From Camelus ferus (lineage: Eukaryota): 64,000 bases of DNA. The stretch is taken from positions 19,594,001 to 19,658,000 of the forward strand of contig NC_045696.1 of NCBI RefSeq assembly GCF_009834535.1, in the 5' to 3' direction. Within the stretch, counting starts at the first letter, position 1. Each line of letters begins with the position of its first letter. Of the stretch, positions 38,690 to 53,629 are shown piece by piece. Both the position numbers and the translations under genes were made by a program. The notes beneath the pieces were generated by a model, which was not told where the DNA came from, did not search any database, and was given only the letters and a program-made list of their open reading frames with translations.

Positions 38690-39010
38690 CACACATCAGA
38701 AATCTCCGCAGACCTTGTTTCACACAGCCCTTCTTCTCCAGCATGGCAAGCTGACAAGCCTCCTGTTCCTTACCGTCTCTTTGATTTTCCAGAATTAGAT
38801 CGTCTTCCTTCCTGTCTCTGTCTTTGCATCCGTGGCTCCTTGAACATATCACTCTAATTTGTCACACATAGGGGGTGATTATTTGTTTATATAGTGGCAT
38901 CTCCAATTAGACTACAATTTGTGCTGAGAAAGAACAATGCGTTATTCAACTCATTAACCCCCTGGAATACAGCAGGCCTCTAGTACATTTCTTAAATAAT
39001 GAATGAATAC
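38690..39010 (+). mobile_element. L2 3' fragment
   Basis: ctccaattagactaca...ending taaataatgaatgaat. Confidence 0.55.
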
Positions 39011-40986
39011 ATGAGTTGAATGATTTTTTAAATCAATATATTTAAATTTAAACTTTCCAAATAAAAATGATGCCAATTCATTTTTCACTCTCATCCCCAG
39101 GAAAGAGAAGGTACTTATTGTAATTATATATTTTAAAGATTTCCTAGAGTCAGCCCATCTTATTTAAATGTCAAGTTAATCATGAAAGAAACAAATAAAT
39201 CTATATGTATATTATTTGATTGACTGGCTGACTGCAAAGAAAGATGAACATTACCATTTCAGTGAGTTCTATGATCAATCTCAGAACCAAAATAACCCTC
39301 ACCTATTCATTAATACTTTTCATTCAATCATCTCAAGGAACTGAGCTGGTGTGTGGATAAGAATCTTTCATTTAGTAATTGTTACTTAGTTTAGTACCTT
39401 AACAGACGTTAAAACAGATTGTTACTGCATATTGAATATATATTTTAAAATAGAATGTTGAAAGTAAAAAATGCACATTCTATAACTTGTAAATAATATT
39501 CAACTTTATCTATATAAGTTGCTTTTCAATAAAATTAAATTATGTGAATCTGCCTTATAGTTGTGCTTTTAAACTTCATCAGTTAGTCCCTTTAGACATC
39601 AGTCCAAGGGATAGGAAACTGACCAGACCAAAATGTGCAGCCAAAGCAAGAACAAGAGGATGACATATGTATCTGTGGTTCCCTCCCAATAACTGAAAGT
39701 GTTCATACATGATTTTCATCTTCCCACCACACACATGTGTGTGTGAGTGTAGCTGCTCATAAAAATCAACAGTTACATGATCTCTCTGTTACATCTCTAG
39801 TTCCTAGATTCTCAATATTATTTTCGTACTGTTTGGTCTGGTAAAAATTTAGAAGACACTGTCAGATTTCCTGGGTCCTTATGGTCTCAGATGACAAACA
39901 ATCTGCCATAATTATAGCATGAAGATTCTATAGGGCATTTTCTCTGCTTTTGAATGTTCCTAAAGTTTCTGCCTCACATTCAGAATGGGGGATAAAATTA
40001 TGTAAATAGCTACCTCCCTCTCCACTTAGCTGGCAGAAGGGAGTGCTTGGTTGTCAGTTCTGTGATTACTCCAGCGACCAGCCTTTGTTGTTAACCTCCA
40101 GAGAAATTTGGTTGTGTTCCAGCTCAGTCTATCACTTAATTTTACAAGCCAAAGTGTTTGCAGTTTAATTGCAATCCCAAGCAAGTGGTTTCTTTTTTCA
40201 CGACTTGTTTATCTGAAAGACTGAAACAGTGCAAAGTTCTCTTCTTACATACAGAAAGCTTATAATAGTGACTCATAGGACTGGACATCCTGAATCACTG
40301 CAGAGTAACATTCTACTGCAGCAGGTTGATTAAAAAGATGAATGGTTGCAGGTTCAACTCAGGAAACCCAAAGAAGGGAATGCACGATGACCTCTTCAAA
40401 CATGGCCTTGGCAAAGAACGGAGGACTATTTCTTTTCTATGTTAATAAGTAAACACCATTTAAGGTCACTGCCCTTTCTGTAATGTTTCATAAAGTTGGG
40501 CTTCCGTGATATTAGAATCTTGTCTGGATGGTGATTGCAGGTGTTTTCAACACAGAGAACGACTTCTTCTAGATGTCCATTAACAGTACCTGAATCTCTA
40601 GGCTGAGTGACTATAATATATTTGAAATATATTGTATATTTTTCTTTAGATTGGACTTATGTGAGTTTCTGGTCTCTGCATTTGGATCCATGGCACTCCT
40701 CAAGATCCATGGCACATGACTGTATAAAGGTGGAACTTTAGGTCATCAACAAATGAAGAAATGATTCTGTCTAGTATCCAAGTGTGGGAAACTCTCCAAT
40801 AATCAAGAGTATCCAACAGCTCACTGTGTGTGCAGGAAGATATAAGCAATCCATCACCAACTTTACATTATCCAGGTAAAATAATTTACCTCTACATGCA
40901 AGGAAAGGAACTAGTCTGGCCCCCGGTAACATCTATGGTATTCTAGTAATTGAAAATATTAGTTATGCCGCCATACTGGGCTACCT

Positions 40987-41348
40987 TACAAGGGACCGAA
41001 TGTATGTGTCCCCTCCATATTTATATAATGTTGAAATGCCGATTCTCAGTATGATGGTAGTAGGAAGAGGGGCCTTTGGTAGGTAATTAGGTCATGAAAA
41101 TGGAGCCTTCATGATGGGCTTAAAGACCTTATAAAAGGGATTCCAAGGAGCTCTTTTACTCTTTTTTTTTTCCTGCTATCTGAAGATGCAGTAAGAAATA
41201 GGAGGTTTGCAACCTAGAAGGGGGTGCTCACCAGACCTGACCATGCTGACATCCTGCTCTTGGACTTTCAGCCTTCAAAACGGTAAGGAATACTGTTTGT
41301 TGTTAAGCCACTCAGTGTATGATGATTATAGCAGCCCAAATTAAGTCA
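40987..41348 (+). mobile_element. MaLR solo LTR (MLT1A/A0-like)
   Basis: gaatgtatgtgtcccc...ggcctttggtaggtaattaggtcatga...ttggactttcagcct...tatagcagcccaaa. Near-TSD tacct/taccc. Confidence 0.9.
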
Positions 41349-41629
41349 TACCCTCACCCGGTCTACCTTACATGATTGAAAATGTGCTTCAAACATGGGC
41401 CTAGGAAGGGCTATGTACTTATATTAAGGAAGAAGTTATCTCAGTGCTTCCTTAGCTGGTGTCAGCTAAAACCAGGGACCATGTTTGAGAGCAAACTTTT
41501 CAAGGAAGCAATATTCTGGGGAAAAAGCAATTGCTGAAGGAGTATGGCATCCTGGAACATTCAGGCTCCACTGCCACAGCCTGCAGTAAGCAGGGCACAG
41601 CTCAGCCTGTGCCATATACCATGGGCCAC

Positions 41630-41790
41630 CTTCATTCAGCAAACATTTATGGGAACCAGCTACATGTCTCGGACTATTCCAGGTAGTAACATTACTTCTT
41701 TGAAGAAAATAAAGATCACTGCCTTTGTGAAGTTTACATTCTAGAAAGTGTGAGCGAATCAAACTTGGAAAATAAGTAAATTATATATTA
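41630..41790 (-). mobile_element. L2 3' end
   Basis: ttcattcagcaaacatttatgggaaccagctacatgtc...tttacattctag is the reverse complement of the L2 terminus. Confidence 0.75.
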
Positions 41791-44700
41791 TAAAATGATT
41801 AGCACTATGGAAAAAAAAAAAAGAAAGCATTCTTCAAAATACTTTGACAGTGTTTAGAGTCAAATGCTTCCAAAGGCATCCTGTCACATAAGGATATAAC
41901 GTAATGCCAGCAGCAACTCCCTCCCAGCCACAGTGCTGAAGACGCGGAAGCAAGTGGAGATAGTTTAGGGGGGTTAACAATTCAGGTGTATCTTAGCCAT
42001 GTTGTCAATATCATTCAGATGGCTTGGAGTTTATTCTATACAATATTTCACTTGGAACTACATTTTGACTAAAAGCATTCTTGAAAACTATTAATATAAT
42101 AGATATACTAACTACTACCAAGAAATAGATTGAGTGCACACACTTAATGACCTAGCTTGCAAATAAAAATCCAAGCCACAAGTAACAGCTTCAATTAAAA
42201 CAGGCAATTGACCTAGATTCATGAGGCAGAGTTACGAGCAATTGGATGTTAGGTTTTGGCATCAGACTTATATCCTAGCTAACAATAAAAATAAAACACA
42301 AATAAATAAAAGGAAATGAAAATGTGGACTGCAGACTGATTCCTGTAGTTGAACCCTTGTCTTGGTACTTGCTCCTGATCAACACTTTTGGTTTGGCTAA
42401 TCTTTGTATTCTTCTTTTTGATTCTTGGACTTGGGCACCCTGCAAAGGTCTTAGATTTTATAACCCCTATGTGTTTTGAAATTCCTTATATCCTCAGATG
42501 AGAATAAGATATCTTTCTGAGGGCTTATGTCAAAACTTGAGTTCATAAGCACTAATAACTCGCACAGAAATCTCAGCCAATGGATTAGATTCCCAGTGCG
42601 TAAGCTAGTTCCCTGATATCCGTAAGCTCAAAAATGCAGTCATTTTAAGTTTTAATAATTTTCTGGTATAAAAGCACAACCGTTTTCTAAAAATTGGTTG
42701 ATTTTAGTATAATTCTATTAAATAGTATTTACTGGGGACTTGCCAGATAAATAAGAAATTTTTCTAGGTACTGTTAGGGTTACAAAACTAACCAGCTTGA
42801 GTTTGAATTAAGTAATTGGCATCACTTTGTGGACTTCAACACTAATAAGTGAAGGATACATCATAAAATGAAATATTCACATTTCACTAGGAACCTTTGT
42901 AAAACAATTACCATGAACAGATTCTTTGCTACTCAATGTTTCTGGACATTCTCCTTGATAACAAAAAAAGGTTTTGTTGTGTTTTGCTTCTTTTAACAAG
43001 TTTTAAAAAGGGGAGAATAATGAGATGATGCTTAAGCTAGTTTAGCTGAGAACATGAGACATACCCATCCACATTGACATTCAAGAAAGAACGTAAGGGG
43101 AGGGGGCAAAAAAAAAGAATACAGGAAAAGTTCATAATCAAAATGTGACAGTATGAAAAAGAGACTTAACAATCCTGACAGTGCTGTGGAATGACTTTAA
43201 TAGAAGCAGTCCAATGATCTAGTTACTCAGCAATCGGAATTGGAGAGAAGGAAGAAATACCCCTAGAAAATGGGAAGAACACAATAAAGAGAAAAAAGAA
43301 GAGGGGAAAAATAAAGTCAGTTTTCCGGTGGTTTTTAGTACTGGGAGATTTGACAATTTTGAGCCAGGCTGTGGCAAATCTTCTAATACCATAAATAGGT
43401 TGAGCATGAATATACACGTGAGAGCTTAAACGGAAGTCCTGGACCTGGCCGAGTGGTGGGAAAATGATATCCCTCCAAGAGGACAGGGAAGGGAAAAAAG
43501 TGGGGTGGGAAGGAGAGGAGAAAGAGAAAGAAAAGGTTTGGAAGTTTGGCAGAAGATGACTTCATTCTCATTTTAATCTATTTTTGCTACTAGTTTATCC
43601 GGTATAATTTCTCAAGTGTTTAAGAATACAATTAGGGTGTATGGCAGTGAGAATTTTTATTTGTTTAACTGCTTGATATAAAATTGCATGATACTTAAGC
43701 CATTAAGCAATTCTATTTATGCCATTCACTTTATTTGATCTCATTTTGAAAGATTTTCCTGTGCAGCTCTCTTGTGTTTGTTTTGGCATATTCTATAATA
43801 TAGGAGTTTTGTTTTGATTTTTTCTTTAAAGAATATATTTGGATAGCTGGTAAAGCGAGATAGAATCAGCAGTAGACAAGATTATCTTGTTAAGAATATT
43901 TCTAGCTAATGTTAAAGAGAGATAGCACTTATTCAATAACATAACATAAAAAGAAAAAAATCACACCGCATTAATTATTTTCCCATGAGACAGAATAGAT
44001 GAGTCAGGTGTTAAAGATTCATGTACTAGTTTAATCCAGTTCTGCACTAGTGGAGAACATATTATTTCATAAACAGTAAGCAATTATAATCATGTAATAT
44101 TAGAATAACTGTAGAGAAAAACCTATGATCCATTTGTGTGTGTGTGAATGAACTACAACCAGACCAGAAGGGAAATTTATTAGTCACTCATACATCATCT
44201 AAAATAATCCTTACAATTATACTAGGTGAAATTTAATATACTTAGTAACATACAAATTAATTGAAAATTTGGAGTTGAAATTTTCTATCGGGGCTTACAA
44301 AGTGGTGCTTTGTAGATATAGCATGGCCATTAGAAATGTTTTGTTTGGTCCACAACATTGTTTAAAAATGAATTTGAATGTCTTCTGAAAAGTCACTCAC
44401 ACTCAGGTCCGCAGGGGTCTCTCTGCCTTTCTTCAGTAAGGTAGTTACCTGCCAGGGTCTATATAAACATTAAACTTTCTGACCCATGTGTTTTATTTAT
44501 TGATAATATGTTTGCTTAATTCTTTTTCTTTGTTAGAAAAAAATGTGACAAAGAAAATGATCTTTTTTTTATATTTTTAAATGATTCTTTCCATCACATG
44601 CAACCTTTTAAAATACATGCCATATGCCATTACATTATCATACAAAGTCACCTAGAATTTCTCTTCCAATTAGCTAATGAGCAATGGCAGTAAAACGCCA

Positions 44701-47700
44701 AGGTAAAGTAAGCAATCCCATAGGCAGCACGCACTGATCAGGATCAGAGTGCTTGCATCAAATTTCATGAAAATATAATTTTTCCTAGCATCCATTTAGA
44801 TTTTTGGCAACTCCTGAATATACCTTCTTCCTTATAAACTTTGTCTTGCCCAATTAGCTTTCAATGGTGCTTGAAATTCCCACTTGAAATGCCTTATGTT
44901 GACCTGTCCATTTTAATCAAGTTAAGTACTACCCGGGAGGAAGATATATTAGCTATCACTTAGGCACAAATTAGTCTATCTGAACCTATTACTTCACATT
45001 ATCAACCAGCACAAAAGAGGGCCTTAGGGCACTGGTTCTTAAACTCATTCAAATGCCAGACCATGGAGGGGCATGGTGCACTTGGTAGAAAACCACGCTA
45101 GTACTAACCTATTACTCTTACAATGATTAAATATCTATGATTCTGTTAACTCCGACGTCCATTTATTCTGTAGTCCAATGCAGCAGGAGAAATCACTGAT
45201 TTAAGGAATGTAATAGAAGAGAAAATTCAATTATGACCATTTCATCTAATTTAAATTTTAACAATGGTTACAATATTTATCTGCAGAAAAAAAATATTGT
45301 TTCCTACAAAGACACTTTATCATAGTCCTTAGGAACAGGGGAAAAGTAAGTCTGTAAGGGAGTATTGATGGGGTGCTAAAGTATTCAATTTTCTTGACCC
45401 TGCTAAAACATCTTTTTGTAAGGCAGATCATCATCTTTGTAATAATCAACCAGGAAACAAAGAAAATACTACTTTACTGAATGCACACATTGGCTTAAAG
45501 ACACATTTGAATTTCAGTAGTGTGTAAACATGTCTATAATGTAACTGAAGATGGAGTTCTTAATGAGGAGTTCCAGTTATTTGCCTTGGTTAGTCAGATA
45601 AGGGGGGAGGCGGGGCAGGTGGATACTTTTTCAGTATCTTGGGAAAAGAGCAGCCCTTCCTCAGGAAAATCAAGCTCCAGCGTCCTAAGGCACTGTACGC
45701 AGTGTATTAACTTCTCTCTTAGGCATCAAGAATGGCATTAGCTCCATACCATGCTTGAGAGAATTACTCAAATCATTTTTTTATAAAACTTAATTCCCTT
45801 GTGGAATCCCAGCTAAAAATGTTGGCGTATTGGGTTAATGAGGAAACGATTGGTCCCAGATGTAGAAAAAATAAATCCACATTTAAAAAAATTCACCTCC
45901 TAGGTAAAATTACTTTCTCAGTTTGCTTTATTATTATTATTAATTAATAACAACAACAACAATTATTATTATTATTATTACTTTCTTTTACCACATATCG
46001 GAAAAGATAAAGGGAGTTAGAGGATCATGGGAAAATAAAGGCTTTCTCAGAAATTACCATTATCTGATCTTCTAGATACTTTTCTATTTCACAGATTCAA
46101 CCAACCCAGTAAACACCTGGATATTTGGTTTAGTATCTGAAAAGTTTTTTTTGTTGTTGTTGTTGTTCGAAGTATACTACATGCTATTATTTAAGATGAA
46201 GTACAAGTTTGAACAAAGTTTTATGTTTCTAATTTGAGAGCAAGGATTCTGGTAAATGAAGAAACCCATAATCTTAGTGGATGCTATACACTCAGCAGAG
46301 AGCAAGGACTCTTAAGCATGATAATTTGTCCTGGGAGTCAGGGAACATTTAGAGGAGCACTGAAAAATTCTAAAAGGAAAAAGTTAAGTTACTTAAAACA
46401 AAATAATATCCTTAAAGTGGTAAAGGACATTAATGACTAACACCTTAAATGGACAGAAAGCAAAAAACAACAGTGACTTGGAGATTGTAATTTTAGTTAC
46501 CGGTACACATCTCCTTGGTCTAAAGAAAGATCACTGTTTTATGAGATGTCAGAGCTCAGGGAAGAACTAAGCTTATGGACCAAAAAGGCAGTTAGACTCT
46601 CAACTCCTGAGGATTTATAGAATGGAAATAATGTGTTTCTTCACCTCAGGGAAATCTATACGCACTTGGGAATATATTTTTATTTAATTGCATTAACAAA
46701 ACCTCCAAGATCTCTCTCTCTGTCTCTGTCTCTCTTTCCCTTTTCACACGTCTTTTCCTTCCTATAATCCTGTCACCCCTCATTCTATCCTTTCCTTCAC
46801 AACTCTAGGATTTTAAAGTTAAAGCTTATATTTTAAAAAATGAAACGCAGAGAGGGACAGGAAAAAAGCCTATGGTGCAGTAATGAGCATTAATAGAAAA
46901 AATGTATCCTTAAAGTTAATCAAATTGAACTGGACAAAGAAAAGCAGGAGTGAATAAGAATGAATTTGCACGTATCCTACTTTATACTTTAATACTGTTC
47001 TTACATGGCAGTGTGAATCTACATAGATCAGGCACTGGTTGTGATAAACAATATGATCATGTGATTACTTATTTCATTCCACACACAGTTCTTAGGGGCT
47101 GAGAAATAATTCATTGTAAATTATAGGGTAGTTATATTTCACTTTCACAGTAATTATTTTAGGAATACCTAGATAGATTTTCATTCATCATAAACATAGC
47201 GAAATGTAGACGTTCCAGAATGAAATAGATTTTAAGTTAAATTTGAAGATTCACTTTCAATTTTCTTCTTGCCTTTAATAGATTTCTTTAAAAGAATCAA
47301 GCAAACAATCAAAATCTGTTTGTTTACGTAACATTCTTTAGTATGTTAAACTCTGCTATAGAGAGAGCAGTGGAAAGCTGGCCCAGTATTCAGACTAGTC
47401 ACATACTAGCTATGAGGTCTTAGAATTCTGCGTCTCCCACGCCACAGATAAAGTCTGCATCCATTGTACTCCAAAAGGTACATGGAGTGATGCCTAAGTC
47501 AGTATCAACTAATAAATGCTGTAGTAATTTTGAATGTAGCATGGAAGATAAAACAGAGAGATTGGACAATCCAATGACAGAAACGCTGATATTAGGTAGA
47601 TAACCTAAAGTGGCTCCAATGGGTGGTAACCATGATGGAGTCACTAAATGTGTAAGCTAGTACTAGAAATATCAGTCAGTATCAGTCATCAGTCACAAGT

Positions 47701-48099
47701 TTGAAAATAATGCTTTTCAAATTAAAAAATTTGAAAGAAATACTGAGCAAGGAAATTACATTGGATGAATAACTTTCTATTGATTTATTCTGCCTTGCAA
47801 GTCAATGTAATTATTGCGAATATCCAAAAAGGGTAGGAAATATGAAATAGGTGAACAGAAGAAAAATCATTGCAGATTTATGTGAAATTAGTTATTATCA
47901 AAAAAGGAAAGACAGAGAATACACTGCGTTACATGTAATCTATATAAAGGGAAATATACAGTTCTGTCCTTACATATATTTATAAATTTACAAACATACT
48001 TCTGTAATACCATATCTTCCTATTTGCAAAGCTATCTGTATCTTTCTGTATCTCTACCTCTCTCTTATTTATAATCCATGTATTTACTTCTCAGCTTCA

Positions 48100-48590
48100 G
48101 TAATACTTATCACTCCATATCAAATTAACCCAAACACAACAGCTTAAAACAACAGAAATGTATCCAGTAGTTTCTGGGGTCAAGAATTCAGGAGTGGCTT
48201 AGCTGGGTCATTTTGGCCAAGATATTTCATGAGTCTGTAGTCAGGGTGCTACCTGGATAATTCACTTCCAAGATCACTTACTCACGAGACTGGAGGCAGG
48301 AAACCTCAGTTAGTGATTACATGAGCCCCTCCAAAGGCTGCATGTGTGCCCCTAAGTCATGGGGCTAACTTCCCTCAAAGTGACGGATCCCAGGGAGAGA
48401 GTAAGTGAGAAGAAAACCTCAGCGCCTCTTATCACCTCGTTTCCAAACTAGCACATTGTCATTTCAGCTCTATTCTGTTTGCTAGAAGTGAGCCATGAAA
48501 TACAAGCCACTCTAAAAGGGAGAGAATTAGGCTCCATTACTTGAAAGGAGAACTATCAAAAAATGTAGGGGCATTTTTTAAAGCCATCAA
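48100..48590 (-). mobile_element. MaLR LTR (older MLT1 subfamily)
   Basis: gcttaaaacaaca...tttctggggtcaagaattcaggagtggcttagctggg...aggggagagaattaggctcca. Confidence 0.8.
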
Positions 48591-49570
48591 ATCTACCATC
48601 TATTTACTCAAATCTCACTTCCTAACCTCTACTGACCTCCCTTCCTCCCTTTCTTCTTATGCTTCACAAACCATCTACCGTTTACCTCTCCCCCCATCTT
48701 TCTGTCTTCCTAGCCCTCAGCTAATATCCCCCCTAACCTTCTCTCTTTCTCCCTCTCTCAAAAGAGAAAGGAAGAGTGTAGCTGAGGTTTTCATAGGAAC
48801 AATAACTGACAAATGAAGATATAAAATAAACAACTAATTGTTTATCATAATCTCTGATATTTACAACAGTAATTTTTGGCAAGTGGTGACATGAAACATT
48901 TAAGCACATACTTAAGGAGGCAACTTTTGGTAATTTGGGATTAAGGAAAGAGATAACTTGATCCATATTATTTTCATGTCTCTTTCTAATAATCTTACCA
49001 AAAAGATGGTATATCAGACAACTGGAGCTTTATTCCATTTATATGTCTCTCTGGATGATGAAACAGCAATAGGGAAAAACATATACTTATGTCAAAGGAA
49101 AAGGCACATTATTCATGTTCTCAAATAACTTACCAAAAATAGCAAAAACAAGAAGGTTCAGACATTTAACATATATGCTATCACTTTGATACAAACATAC
49201 AATGTGATAAAACTGAGAAAATTCATGGAAGCAAAAAGGAGTTACTCAATTATCTTGACCATGGAAGTGGTGATATTGCAACATACAGAGAAGGGTTCAT
49301 AAGTTTGTAATATTTGATCTCTGGATGAAGAATGAGACTATGGGGAGGAAAAAGGTATCTAAGCAGAGAGAATAGCAAAAGCTTGGAAGAATGCATGCCC
49401 ACATAGTAAGGTAGTGCTGAACGGTATGATTGGCACAGAGAAAAGTGAAGAAATACATTAAGAAATGGTCCAAGATGTTTTTCAACATTCTTTCAATCTC
49501 CAGTTCACTGTCCTTGCAAGCTGTACCTTCCATGGATACTGGGTGTTCTCGATTTATTTTACTTTAACTT

Positions 49571-49683
49571 CTGGGGGGAGGTAATTGGGTTTGTATTTAT
49601 TTATTTAATGGAGGTATTGGGAATTGAACCCAGGACCTTGTGCATGCTAAACATGCACTCTACCACTGAGCTATACCCTCCCC
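49571..49683 (-). mobile_element. tRNA-derived SINE of camelid Vic-1 type
   Basis: Minus strand reads ggagggtatagctcagtggtagagtgcatgtttagcatgcacaaggtcctgggttcaattcccaatacctccattaaataaataaatacaaacccaattacctcccccc: Pol III A and B boxes plus a non-tRNA tail as I recall for Vic-1. Confidence 0.88.
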
Positions 49684-50318
49684 TCAACTTATTTTAAATG
49701 GATGATTGAAGAACTTTGACTTCTGGCTCTGCCTGTCACTGAAGAGGCACACTAGTTGTCATGGATTCAGTACAAAGGAGGAGTTGGGAAAACAGCTGAT
49801 CAATAAAGTTAATAGAGATCACAATGAAATATTGTGATAGACCATGTCCTTTTTGTGGCATTTATATGTAATTTTGGAATTTCATATGGAGGTGCTATGT
49901 AATTTAATTCAAAACAAAATTTTAAAAGGTGATACTCTTCCCTGAAAAATTCATCTAGGTCATAACAAATCCTATCTTCTTCAAAGAAGTGCTTAAGAAT
50001 ATACAGAGGGGTACTGGAACATGCACAGATTGTGTACTTGTCAAATTTCAATTTGTCAAATGTAAAGTAACCAAACATTTCTGATCACTATGGTTTTTGG
50101 TGTTTCTATTTTTCCCACTAAGTTTTTTTTTTTTTATAAGTAGAAGTTAAACATTTCCTTTCATATTGAAAGAAATTTATTCTTCTGACTGGCTAGCTGA
50201 AGCCTTTAAAAGTGCAGAAAATAGGAAATTCTGTGCCCTTCTAGGACTTTCCACCTAGCTTTGATCTGGTCTCACGTTAGTATGGGTAGGTCAGAAAAAC
50301 ACACCTTCTAATCTAGAC

Positions 50319-50489
50319 CAGTGATTATCAACTCTGGTTGCACATTAGATCAGTTAGGAAGCTTTTAAAATACACCAGTGCTTAGGTCCCACCCCAGATC
50401 GATTAAGACAGAATTTGGGGAGGGTATGTAGACATTAGAAAGCATTCTCTGAGTGATTCACTTTGGCGCATCTTAGAATTAGACCATTG
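50319..50489. mobile_element. hAT-Charlie MITE (MER5-like)
   Basis: cagtgattatcaactctggttgcacattaga...aggtcccaccccaga...gaccattg. Confidence 0.75.
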
Positions 50490-52754
50490 CTATCCATCTT
50501 TCTCCGTGCTGTTTTATTTATATGTAAGATAGGCTATGTCTTTCTTTGAAGAGAACCATCTCCTCTTCTATTTTAGGTACAGGTGTCCCAAATACATGAG
50601 TGCTCTGTTACCTGTTTTAGGGACCAAGAAATGGCTTTTGCCAGTCATTTACATTTCCATCTTCCAATCAGCATCTTCGTGCTGGCAAATGGTCCTAGAC
50701 TTCTTAAAAAAACAAATGGTTGCAGGTATTTCTTCAGTTAGGTGGTCATATGACTGCACCACTGAGGCCACTTATGTCAGGATCCCATGTGAGGACCAAA
50801 GCCAAAGCTAGCTAGCCAACTGTAATACAGAGAACAATTCTGAAGACTTAGCTTAACAGTAAAATAAATTCTCATCATTTGGTTGGCTCAAGCATGCCTG
50901 TATTTCTTAAAACCCCCAAAAGGGTAAAATAGCACCAAATGCATTTCAATCTGTAGTATTTGAACCTCCTCTAAACTTCATGAGCTATAATATTTCCCCT
51001 AAAAAGAACTAATAGTGTTTCATGATTTTTTTTTTTTTAAAGGTGTAACTCGATTTCTCAGATGGCCTGGAACATATCTATGCATTCTAAATTATTTCTT
51101 CCCGTAGTTCTAAGACTTTTGCTCTTTATTAATAGAAATATTGAACCTCTGGAATACTGAGTTTCATGCAACCATTGCCTGCTTTGACATTAAATTTTTT
51201 CCTTTGGTTTTTAAAATCTTGGAAGCATCTGATTTATGGGTTTTTTGTATCTCTTTTCAGAGTCCGTGGTTTATCTCAAAAATACCTCTTTGTATGAAGT
51301 ATTAATGTAGGCATTTATGCTTCTGATAGTTCATCTGCTCTTATTCTCTTATTTATTTAAATAAGAGGGTCTGAAACACAGGAAAAAATTAACTTTCTAT
51401 ATGCCTGTTTTTCAATCATTTCTTCTATTTTTACTTCTTCTCTGATTGCCAAAGTTTCTCTTACTTCCTATACATTTCTTTCCCTTGGTTGTTTTTCCAA
51501 CAGCCTTAACTCTTACTTAAATATTTTAAAAATGAATAACCTGTAAGCATTTGCCAAGATACTTCTTACATATTGTCTTTGTGTCCCTACCACACAACAT
51601 AGTTCCAGAACTCAGTGGATGCATAAAATTGGAGTATAATGGCTGTCTGACTGATAGAATGAATGAATAAATTTCTACAGTCTTTTTCTGAATTTTATTT
51701 ATTTATCATTATTTTAATAATTTCTGAATCTTTCTTTGATGATATTAGCCTTTAAGCTCTCAACCTAGATTTCTAGATAAACCTTAGCTTTACGATTAGC
51801 AATATTTTTTCTTCCTCCTTGTAGCATCAATTAATGTAGATGCTAACCAAGTAATGAAGTCAGTTTGTGAACCCTCAGGACCAAATTTAATTGACCACAA
51901 ATACAACATACTTTAAGCAGGTATTGATCAGCAGGATGCCCAGAAGTATGTAAGTTTTTCTACGAAACCATAGATGATGTTTGAAAAATGAAATCAGAGC
52001 CTCTGTTTTAGTTTCTTAAATTACCTGGAATAGACCCTTTACAACCTGACACATGCTCCACATGAATAGAGTTGGCAGGATTTCCCAGACAGCTTGTCAT
52101 TAGAGCCCTATGAACCATCTGCCCTACCGCAGTGGGGTAAAGCATGTGCGACTTGGACTGAATAAATCTGGGTTACAGCCTGAACTCCCTCATACATCCT
52201 CGGTGAACTTGGCCAAATTAATTAGCATACATGCATTTTAATTCCAAAATTTATAAAATACGAAGTCACAGCTATATTCTATACATTTCATAGGAGAACT
52301 TAGTATACAACCTATAAAAATACTACACAACATTTTTATCATCATTAGAATGGTGTAATTCGGGTCTATTCTCATAGGAAAATCATCAGGAATCCATGAC
52401 TACTTCATAAATTGTTTTATAAGTAATTTCCAAAAGCACAATACATTTTTAAAAGCCATTTTTTTTTTGTAGTTGTCATTGTTTTTCTGACATTTTAAAA
52501 GTTACATGATTTTTTTCTTTGTAACTGAAGTTGTTTGGGACACGTAATAATCCAAAATGTAATTTGGATTTGTTATTAATACTAGACAGACAGAATATTA
52601 TAGTTATCAAAATACTTTCATATCCTTTAATAAAGTTTGTTTTCATCAGATCACTGTAATGTGGTTATAGAAGAGATGTCGCCCCAGTAATTTTAACTGT
52701 ATTGTGACAATACTAATGATGATGTTGCTTATAACAACAACGACAGTAATTGAG

Positions 52755-52960
52755 ATATTTATTTGGTACTTATTTGTGAAAAGGAATATTCTAAAAATTG
52801 TATAAATAGTAAGTCAGCTACTCCTCACAACCCTGCGAAGCAAATATAATGATCCCCATCTTTTCAGAAGAGAACTGAAGCACATCAATAACTTGCCCCA
52901 ATTCACTGTAAACCCTTAACAAGTCATGATACTTTCCTGGGTCACGGCTGTTCCTGTGTG
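52755..52960 (-). mobile_element. MIR SINE
   Basis: tcctcacaaccctg...atccccatcttttcagaagagaactgaagcaca...taacttgccc. Confidence 0.7.
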
Positions 52961-53629
52961 ATACGAGGGGTCCCTGATACCTCCCAGGATCAATGTGGGG
53001 AAAACAGGAGATGGGAGACACAAAAATATAAATTCACAAACTATTACAGATTGCACAATTTTCCAGGAGAATAGATTGGCCCACAAATAAGTCAAAGGAT
53101 TTCCCCAGAGACAGGTTAAGTATTTTCCATGACACCAATATGGCTCTCAGGTAAAGAGGTAGAAAAATAAAGTAGCCTTTCCAGTGACTGGATATGCAAC
53201 AGTGTGGCACAAAAATCAGTTTTCTTTTGGGGAAGGAATTCATGCAGAATACAGGTTTTTGCTTTTTAGAAAATATTTTAGCAGATCAATCTGATATATT
53301 CTTATATGTGGATATTATTTTAGTCACTAAAATCTCCTAAAGATTTGGGAGGGGACATTTATGCTTTTGAACATTACCTTTTAAGTACGTATGCCAGCAC
53401 CCATGGGAATAGTTTACAATTCATGAATGGCTGAAAGAAATCTGTTGGGCACTTGATATACTCCCTTTGAAAATAATTTAATGTTAATCTTGCTTTTAAC
53501 CTTTCTTCAGTAGAGGCATTCTGCAGCACTAAAAATATATATTTAGCCCAAACACAATTTCTTCTAGAAAAAACAGAATGCGGTAATGGTACCATTGTTT
53601 AGGTGATAGTGTCACTTTGTGTATTTCTC

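Noticed and set aside
45928..45980. Quasi-palindromic (ATT)n/(AAC)n tract as a structured element
   Set aside because: Ordinary low-complexity microsatellite.
49610..49683. tRNA gene (Ala-like A and B boxes)
   Set aside because: It continues into an AT-rich and C-rich SINE tail and the cloverleaf is degenerate, so it is a SINE head.
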